Positions 26,168-32,000 of a DNA stretch of 32,000 bases are shown one piece after another (position 1 is the stretch's first letter; each line of letters begins with the position of its first letter). Position numbers and translations under genes: made by a program. Under the pieces are notes generated by a model. The model saw only the letters and a list, made by a program, of their open reading frames with translations, was not told the origin of the DNA and ran no database searches. The DNA is from Psychrobacter sp. DM4 (GTDB taxonomy: Bacteria > Pseudomonadota > Gammaproteobacteria > Pseudomonadales > Moraxellaceae). The stretch is taken from NCBI RefSeq assembly GCF_051307035.1, contig NZ_CP195536.1, positions 30,001 to 62,000 on the forward strand, in the 5' to 3' direction.

Positions 26168-28171
26168 ATGATCGAATTTAAAGACGTTGGTGTTCGCCGT
26201 GATGGTCGTGAGCTATTTGCAGGAGCCAGTTTCCAGCTCCACCCAGGCCACAAAGTCGGTTTGACGGGCAACAACGGCACAGGCAAATCGACCTTATTTG
26301 CCTTACTACTTACGCAGATGGGCACAGGGGATACCGAAGTCACGCTAGATAGAGGCGAGGTGAGCATCCCTGATAGCTGGCATGTGGCGCACATGGCGCA
26401 GGAAGTTGGCGCTAGTAGCCAAACAGCAATTGACTATGTGTTGAGTGGGGATACGCAGTGGTATGAGATTAATGCAGCGCTCAATGATCTCAGTACAGTG
26501 AGCGATGAGCAAATCGGCGTCTTGCATCAACAGTTCGATGAGATCGACGGTTACCGTACGCCCACCAAAGCGGCGCAAATTATGGCAGGCCTTGGCTTTA
26601 AGACTAGTCAACATGAGCTGCCTGTAGAAGGCTTCTCTGGCGGTTGGCGTATGCGCTTAAACCTTGCCAAAACCTTGATGAGCCGCGCCGATCTCATGCT
26701 CCTTGATGAGCCAACCAACCATCTAGATTTGGATGCTATCCTCTGGCTTGAGACTTGGATTAATGCCTTTACGGGTCTGGTCATCGTGATCTCACATGAT
26801 CAAGCTTTTTTGGATGCAACCGTCGGTCATATCTTGCATGTCGAACAACAAAAAATCACCCTTTATACCGGTAATTATCAGCAGTTTATTCGTACTCGTC
26901 ATGAGCGTATGGCGCAGCAGCAGCAAGCGTTTGAGAAGCAGCAAGCCACCAAAGCGCATTTAGATGACTTTATTCGTCGTTTCCGTGCCAAGGCTAGCAA
27001 AGCCAAACAAGCACAAAGCCGTATCAAGCAGCTTGAGCGCATGGCGGAGCTATCGCCAATGATGGCGGACAACCCATTCTCTTTTCGCTTTTATCCGCCT
27101 GCCAATATGAGTACGCCCCTTATTGAGATGACGCAGGCTGATATTGGTTATAGCGATACCCCGCTACTATACAACGCCAACGTACAAGTCACGCCCGATA
27201 CGCGTCTGGGCCTACTCGGTATGAACGGCGCGGGCAAATCAACACTGATCAAAGCGCTAGTTGGTGAGCTTAAAGTGTTAACCGGCAGTTACCGCGTCTC
27301 TGACACCCTAAAGCTTGGCTATTTTAACCAGCATCAAATGGATGCTTTGGATGCAGCAGCGACTCCTATGGAGATGTTACGCCGCCTAGCAGGCAAAACC
27401 TCCGACGCCGAACTGCGCGCGTTTTTGGGTAGTTTTGACTTTCGCGGTGATCGTATCGATACCGCAAGTGAGCTGTTCTCTGGTGGTGAGCGCGCGCGTT
27501 TGACATTAGCGTTGATTGTTTGGCAACGCCCGAACGTTCTCGTCCTTGATGAGCCGACCAACCATTTAGACTTACAAATGCGTCAAGCGTTGACTATCGC
27601 CTTACAAGGGTTTGAGGGAGCGGTGGTGCTGGTCTCGCATGACCGTGAACTGATCGCCAACGTTTGCGATGAGCTGTATCTGGTGCACGATGGTCAGATC
27701 GATGAGTTTGACGGCGATATTAGCGACTATGGTAAGTGGCTGGCGGAGAAGCGCAAGCAGGAAAACGCACCAGATAAAAATACTAGCAAGAAAAAAAGTA
27801 AAAAAGAGAGTAAAAAGTTTGTTTCACGTGAAACGAGTAATACTTTGCCTTCTAAACACACCCAAGATAACAAAGCGCCCACTCTTAGCAAAGAAGAGCT
27901 ACGCAAACTAGCGGCAGAACAACGTAAACGCACAGCACCTGTCCGCCGTGAGATCGAAGCGATAGAAAAATCTTTGGTTGAGATAAATGATAAATCAGAA
28001 AAGGTAGATATCAGACTTGCTGATACCACGCTCTATCTCGATGAGCGCAAAGCTGATTTGCTAAAGCTGCTCGATGAGCAAGCGTCGTTACAGCAGCAGC
28101 ACAGCGATTGTGAAGAGAAACTATTATTAGCTATGACCGCTTTAGAGGATATGGAAGCAGAAATTGGGTAA
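26168..28171 (+). CDS. ABC-F family ATPase (YheS-like; two ABC domains, no TMD, C-terminal Lys-rich coiled coil)
   Basis: Two Walker A motifs (GNNGTGKST, GMNGAGKST), two signatures (FSGGWRMR, FSGGERAR), two Walker B motifs (LLDEPTNHLD, VLDEPTNHLD) and a Q-rich inter-domain linker. I prefer ATG 26168 (MIEFKDV) over GTG 26123. Confidence 0.85.
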   Translation: MIEFKDVGVRRDGRELFAGASFQLHPGHKVGLTGNNGTGKSTLFALLLTQMGTGDTEVTLDRGEVSIPDSWHVAHMAQEVGASSQTAIDYVLSGDTQWYEINAALNDLSTVSDEQIGVLHQQFDEIDGYRTPTKAAQIMAGLGFKTSQHELPVEGFSGGWRMRLNLAKTLMSRADLMLLDEPTNHLDLDAILWLETWINAFTGLVIVISHDQAFLDATVGHILHVEQQKITLYTGNYQQFIRTRHERMAQQQQAFEKQQATKAHLDDFIRRFRAKASKAKQAQSRIKQLERMAELSPMMADNPFSFRFYPPANMSTPLIEMTQADIGYSDTPLLYNANVQVTPDTRLGLLGMNGAGKSTLIKALVGELKVLTGSYRVSDTLKLGYFNQHQMDALDAAATPMEMLRRLAGKTSDAELRAFLGSFDFRGDRIDTASELFSGGERARLTLALIVWQRPNVLVLDEPTNHLDLQMRQALTIALQGFEGAVVLVSHDRELIANVCDELYLVHDGQIDEFDGDISDYGKWLAEKRKQENAPDKNTSKKKSKKESKKFVSRETSNTLPSKHTQDNKAPTLSKEELRKLAAEQRKRTAPVRREIEAIEKSLVEINDKSEKVDIRLADTTLYLDERKADLLKLLDEQASLQQQHSDCEEKLLLAMTALEDMEAEIG

Positions 28172-28208
28172 TAAGATTGGGTCTTAAATAAGTTCTAAAA
28201 TTAAAGAC

Positions 28209-28236
28209 AAAAAAAGGGAGAGCACCAGCTCTCCCT
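28209..28236 (-). terminator. Rho-independent terminator downstream of the RlpA-like gene (may also serve the convergent ABC-F gene)
   Basis: On the minus strand: agggagagc-tggt-gctctccct followed by TTTTTTT, beginning 11 nt after the stop codon. Confidence 0.65.
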
Positions 28237-28247
28237 CTTCTATTACA

Positions 28248-28610
28248 TTATTGCTTACGGTATCTACCATCACCATAAGAGAGTACTTTCATAGTGGTGG
28301 TACATAGCTTACAGTTTATTTTACCAGCAGCGCCTCTAGACAAATCAAGGATACGTCCTGGTGTAAAAGGCCCTCTATCCGTAATCTTTACTATGACACT
28401 CTCTTTGGTCTTTTTGTTAGTCACTTCTACTTTAGTACCAAACGGCAAGGTCTTGTGTGCAGCGGTCATAGCATTCATATTGAAAATGCTACCACTCGCA
28501 GTACGCTTACCGTGAAATTTTTTGCCGTAGTAACTGGTGTTACCGGCAAAGGCTGTGGTAGTCAACAGTAGGGATAATGTGATAACCAAAGACCTGATCA
28601 AATAAGACAT
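28248..28610 (-). CDS. RlpA-like double-psi beta-barrel (DPBB) protein, septal-ring lytic transglycosylase family, short form
   Basis: A signal peptide followed by YYGKKFHGKRTASG..F......TAAHKTLPFGT.V.VTN....SV.V.I.DRGPF..GR.LDLS..AA, the canonical RlpA DPBB core. Confidence 0.8.
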   Translation of the reverse strand: MSYLIRSLVITLSLLLTTTAFAGNTSYYGKKFHGKRTASGSIFNMNAMTAAHKTLPFGTKVEVTNKKTKESVIVKITDRGPFTPGRILDLSRGAAGKINCKLCTTTMKVLSYGDGRYRKQ

Positions 28611-29075
28611 GTGATACCTTTAAGTAATTTATAAAATAGACAGATACTCTTGCCTATAGTATTCATACTCCCTATGAGTACAAATAGTGCATATATTATA
28701 CAATAAAAAACTTGCTATATCCTTTCTATTGTGTAAAAAATGCCTGAGTTCAAATGAGTAACCCGTTTGTAAACGGTCTTTATCCAAAATTGTATGCAAA
28801 ATTCGCCAAGCCACAAAATAATTAAACATTTATAGCAATATGTTGTTTAAGTAGAAGATTACTTGTATCTGTATATAAGTATTAGAACAGTTCGTAGTAT
28901 CAGTAGAGGCTACAGTAACTAAATGATAAAAGTTCTTGCTATATTCTTACAAATTTGTAAAATGCATAGGGCTAAACATTATTTTAGCTTAACTTTATTC
29001 GAAAGTAGACCAAATTTGTAATAAGTAGTTTGATGTCTATTATCATTTTTTATTATTCCATATCAAGGAAACTCT

Positions 29076-29567
29076 ATGTTTAAGAAGATTGCATTTGCCT
29101 CAGTTGTTGCTGCTATGATTCCGTTTGGTACTGCTAACGCTGATCTTGGTTCTAACTTCAAGTCAGCAGACACAGGTCGTACTATTGAGCAGATTTATAA
29201 GCAATGTGGTATCGGTGGTGCTTTGTTTGGTAATTCTAGTCCTATCCTAGCTATCATCTCTAACGTTACATGGGATTTGGGTACTACGGCGGCTACTTCT
29301 GACTCTATGTCTCCAAATACCTGTCAGGGCGGTAATGTTAAAGCTGCGGTTTTAATTAAAGAAGCCTTCCCAAGCGTTGAAAAAGACTTGGCTTCAGGTC
29401 AAGGCGCTCATCTGTCAGCATTACAAACAGTAGCCAGCTGTGATTCAGTTGCTAACGTACGTACGCAGTACGGTCAATACGCGCAAACTTCTGCCTATCG
29501 TACTGCTACTCAAGATCAAAATGCTGAAACCTTGTATAACATCGTCAAGCAAAGCTGTGCTATCTAA
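29076..29567 (+). CDS. Secreted DUF3015-like protein
   Basis: 163-aa ORF with a signal peptide (..GTANA-DL). A QCGIGG block near the N-terminus and a SGQGAHLSAL block resemble the G.GEHL..LA motif I associate with DUF3015. Four Cys residues are present. Confidence 0.6.
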   Translation: MFKKIAFASVVAAMIPFGTANADLGSNFKSADTGRTIEQIYKQCGIGGALFGNSSPILAIISNVTWDLGTTAATSDSMSPNTCQGGNVKAAVLIKEAFPSVEKDLASGQGAHLSALQTVASCDSVANVRTQYGQYAQTSAYRTATQDQNAETLYNIVKQSCAI

Positions 29568-29626
29568 CAGGTGGGTCTGATTAATAATGAGTCTGATTGC
29601 TAGTACTCTGATAATTTAATAAAAAA

Positions 29627-29656
29627 ACACGTAAACAAACCGTTTACGTGTTTTTT
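29627..29656 (+). terminator. Rho-independent terminator after the DUF3015-like gene
   Basis: acacgtaaac-aaacc-gtttacgtgt perfect 10-bp stem followed by TTTTT. Confidence 0.75.
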
Positions 29657-29692
29657 ATTGTGCATATATTATAATTTTTAGGTGTTAAAGCT

Positions 29693-31672
29693 ATGCAAAG
29701 AATATTTATATTGATGGCTTTTTTGAGTGTCTCGAATAGCTATGCAGCACAGCCAGATTTGCTAGAGTCAACACTGACAGTAGCAAACGAACCTGCTCTT
29801 GTTACTAGTATAGATGCCAACAACACCAAATCTAATAAAGATGTACAAACCATATCAACGCTGAATAAAAAACCAGATAGAAATACTCAAAAACTAGAAT
29901 TATTAGCCAAGCACTCTCAGTGGCAACATCTGTTGTTTTATAAAAATGGCAAGGCTGAGGTCATCTCACCTAATTTTTACCTCACTCATGATAAGAGGCA
30001 GTCTAAAAAAGATTTTAATCCTTACAAAGAACTAATAGCTACTATTGAACAGGCTGATGCTAAAAGCGTAGTTTGTCAGTATCCAGCCCGATATTTATGG
30101 CTTAGTCACCATCTACCCGAATTAAATATTAATCTAAAAGACTGCTCACAGCTGCCAGATCCCAATCAAGAGATAAGCCTAATCTTGGTCAGTAATTACT
30201 TAAAAAACCCGGCCTCTTCGTTCGGTCATGTATTGGTCAAAACCAGTAAGGCTACAGGTTCTAAAGATAGTACGACTAACGAAGTCAGAGAGCTTTCAAG
30301 TGAGGATCTACTCAATAATTCATATAACTTTGGCGCGCGTATTCCAGCCAATGAAAATGGTGCAATGTACGCGATTAAAGGTCTGTTCGGACTTTACGAT
30401 GCGGGTTTTTCGGAGACGGAGTTTTTTAAACAAGATGCCGTGTACTCTAAGAACGAGCAGCGAGATATGTGGGAGTATGTGCTAAATCTTGAAGCATTTG
30501 AAACGCAATTACTGAACTACCATTTATACGAAGCAAAATCCGCTAGATTTGATTATTACTTCATCAAACAAAACTGTGGCTATCGTTCAGGAGAGATATT
30601 AGAGCTGATAAGCGATGTAAAAACAACTGAGCGCATAGGCCCTTGGTACGCGCCAGATTATGTGTTTGACCAGTTATTCGAGCATGATAGTGGCACAGAG
30701 CCTTTAGTAGCCTCGGTACGTTATCTGCCTTCTGAGCAAACACAGCTACGAGAGAAATTTGTACAACTACCCAAGCCAATACAAAACATAATTAATGGCG
30801 TCATTCGTACAGAAGACACCGCACTGCTTACCACGCTGAATACCGATGATAGAGCCCTTGCACTGGATTTTTTGATTTTACATCGCACTTATAAAATATC
30901 ACAAGACAATACTCCAGAGCAGCAAGCATTCAAAAATGAGTTATTAAGCCAACGTTTTGTGCTACCAGCCAGTAATGGTTTGGCTCAGCTGGCCGTACCC
31001 AATAAAGCGTCACCGGCATTGAGTAATAAAACCACGCAAACCAAAGTGATTTTATCTGAAGATAGAGTGGAGGTGGGACTATCACTATTTGTGAAAGATC
31101 CTCTCAACGCCTACACTGATATTGACAAACGCTTTGAAGCAGTACAAGCCTCTTTAGGCTATGATTTTGGTGATAGCAAATGGACACTAACAGACTTTGT
31201 CTTTTTGGATATGCAGCAGATTGAAGACCTACGCCAACCTTTGTCAGGCGAACCCAAATTGTCTTGGCAACTAAAGACAGGCGCGCGCACAGACTTATTT
31301 ACTGGTAATACTCACAGTCCTTATGCGCAAGGTGGGATTGGAGTCGGCGCAAAATTTGGCAAGCACATGCTTGGCTATGGTATGGTAAATGCGACAGTTC
31401 ATGATCAAGATCGACATGCAGATATAGGGGTTGAGTTTGGTTTGCGCGCTAAATATAACAAGCAGAGTGCTGAGCTGTCTTACATCGCTTCTAAACGAGA
31501 GAATCGTGGCTCTATTGCTCTTACCAAGTTGACACTACGGCAACAGTTGTCAAAGAACAATGATGCCAGAATCATAGTGACACACGCTAATATAGTAACG
31601 CACGCTAATAATGATGCTTTAAGCGATTCAGATGATACAAATGCTAGTGTCGCTTGGCATCATTACTGGTAA
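29693..31672 (+). CDS. DUF4105 (Lnb N-terminal periplasmic domain)-containing protein with probable C-terminal outer-membrane beta-barrel
   Basis: A signal peptide (..SNSYA-AQ) is present. W.HLLFY....S.....FYL, C.YPARYLWL and SSFGHVLVK match the DUF4105 hallmarks (FGHT.L). The C-terminal ~200 aa has alternating-hydrophobic strands and ends in aromatic ..HHYW, typical of OM beta-barrels. Confidence 0.7.
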   Translation: MQRIFILMAFLSVSNSYAAQPDLLESTLTVANEPALVTSIDANNTKSNKDVQTISTLNKKPDRNTQKLELLAKHSQWQHLLFYKNGKAEVISPNFYLTHDKRQSKKDFNPYKELIATIEQADAKSVVCQYPARYLWLSHHLPELNINLKDCSQLPDPNQEISLILVSNYLKNPASSFGHVLVKTSKATGSKDSTTNEVRELSSEDLLNNSYNFGARIPANENGAMYAIKGLFGLYDAGFSETEFFKQDAVYSKNEQRDMWEYVLNLEAFETQLLNYHLYEAKSARFDYYFIKQNCGYRSGEILELISDVKTTERIGPWYAPDYVFDQLFEHDSGTEPLVASVRYLPSEQTQLREKFVQLPKPIQNIINGVIRTEDTALLTTLNTDDRALALDFLILHRTYKISQDNTPEQQAFKNELLSQRFVLPASNGLAQLAVPNKASPALSNKTTQTKVILSEDRVEVGLSLFVKDPLNAYTDIDKRFEAVQASLGYDFGDSKWTLTDFVFLDMQQIEDLRQPLSGEPKLSWQLKTGARTDLFTGNTHSPYAQGGIGVGAKFGKHMLGYGMVNATVHDQDRHADIGVEFGLRAKYNKQSAELSYIASKRENRGSIALTKLTLRQQLSKNNDARIIVTHANIVTHANNDALSDSDDTNASVAWHHYW

Positions 31673-31777
31673 GGCTTTTTATGTTATAGATGCAGAGAAA
31701 AATGGAATATTGACCCATCATCTCCATATTATGTGTTAACTGAATTTTTAGAAATAAAAAATAAAAGGAAAAACAAT

Positions 31778-32000
31778 ATGGCAGAAAAAAACTACTATGA
31801 CATTTTAGGGGTCAAAAAAGATGCCTCAGATGCTGATATTAAAAAAAGATACCGTAAGCTTGTGCGTCAGTTTCACCCTGATGTGAGTGATGATCCAGAC
31901 GCTGATAATAAAATCGCTGAGATTAACAACGCCTACGAGACCATCCGAGACAAAGACAAGCGCGCAGAATACGACGCTATGCTGGACAATCCTTTTGCCT
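31778..32000 (+). CDS. J-domain protein, CbpA-like DnaJ homologue (5' part; continues past window end)
   Basis: MAEKNYYDILGVKKDASDADIKKRYRKLVRQFHPDV... is a canonical J domain with the HPD motif. An A-rich leader with an aaggaa RBS precedes it. The reading frame is open to the end of the window. Confidence 0.8.
   Translation, partial: MAEKNYYDILGVKKDASDADIKKRYRKLVRQFHPDVSDDPDADNKIAEINNAYETIRDKDKRAEYDAMLDNPFA

Noticed and set aside
28629-28829. 66-aa ORF in the AT-rich region upstream of the RlpA-like gene
   Set aside because: The composition is that of AT-rich intergenic DNA. I found no RBS and no recognisable motif, and the peptide is rich in Tyr, Phe, Ile, Asn and Lys, as expected from translating AT-rich non-coding sequence.
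1-32000. CRISPR arrays, IS elements or transposases, integrases, prophage genes, toxin-antitoxin pairs, and tRNA, rRNA or tmRNA genes
   Set aside because: I scanned by eye for regularly spaced direct repeats, terminal inverted repeats, tRNA T-arm motifs (GGTTCGAATCC-like) and the characteristic protein motifs. I found none. A computational scan (tRNAscan-SE, Infernal, ISfinder, CRISPR finders) would be needed for certainty.

Overview
The window looks like chromosomal DNA from a Psychrobacter-like member of the Moraxellaceae. This is inferred from a lipoprotein lipase I recognise as close to Psychrobacter immobilis Lip1 and from the dnaJ-dapB arrangement; neither was confirmed by search. Most of the window is ordinary, densely packed housekeeping sequence. 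It includes three consecutive MDR-type oxidoreductases (two are tandem paralogues), lipase, a DsrE-like protein, thioesterase plus YheT-like hydrolase, yigZ, rsuA, a DsbC-like isomerase, homocysteine S-methyltransferase, dnaJ and dapB. It continues with a fold-type III ornithine/lysine decarboxylase, def, mpl, an NlpE-like lipoprotein, dsbB, gshA, erpA, an ABC-F ATPase, an RlpA-like protein, a DUF3015/DUF4105 pair and the start of a cbpA-like J-domain gene. I found no rRNA, tRNA, CRISPR array, transposase or integrase by eye. The clearest accessory signal is a roughly 2.2-kb strongly AT-rich islet (about 15040-17245) between the dapB-adjacent gene and the decarboxylase-def block. It carries an orphan lipoprotein and a streptogrisin/alpha-lytic-type (S1E) prepro-serine-protease gene that is interrupted exactly at the catalytic His motif. 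Other points worth a second look: a 14-bp palindrome GTTTCACGTGAAAC found three times (dnaJ leader, dnaJ terminator, inside the ABC-F coding region); a short secretin-like Gln/Asn-rich secreted protein after dapB; a DsbC-like protein with an apparently duplicated N-terminal domain; a REP-like nested inverted-repeat cluster; and the uncharacterised DUF3015 plus DUF4105/beta-barrel pair. All functional calls rest on motif and family recognition from the translated ORFs. No database search was run.
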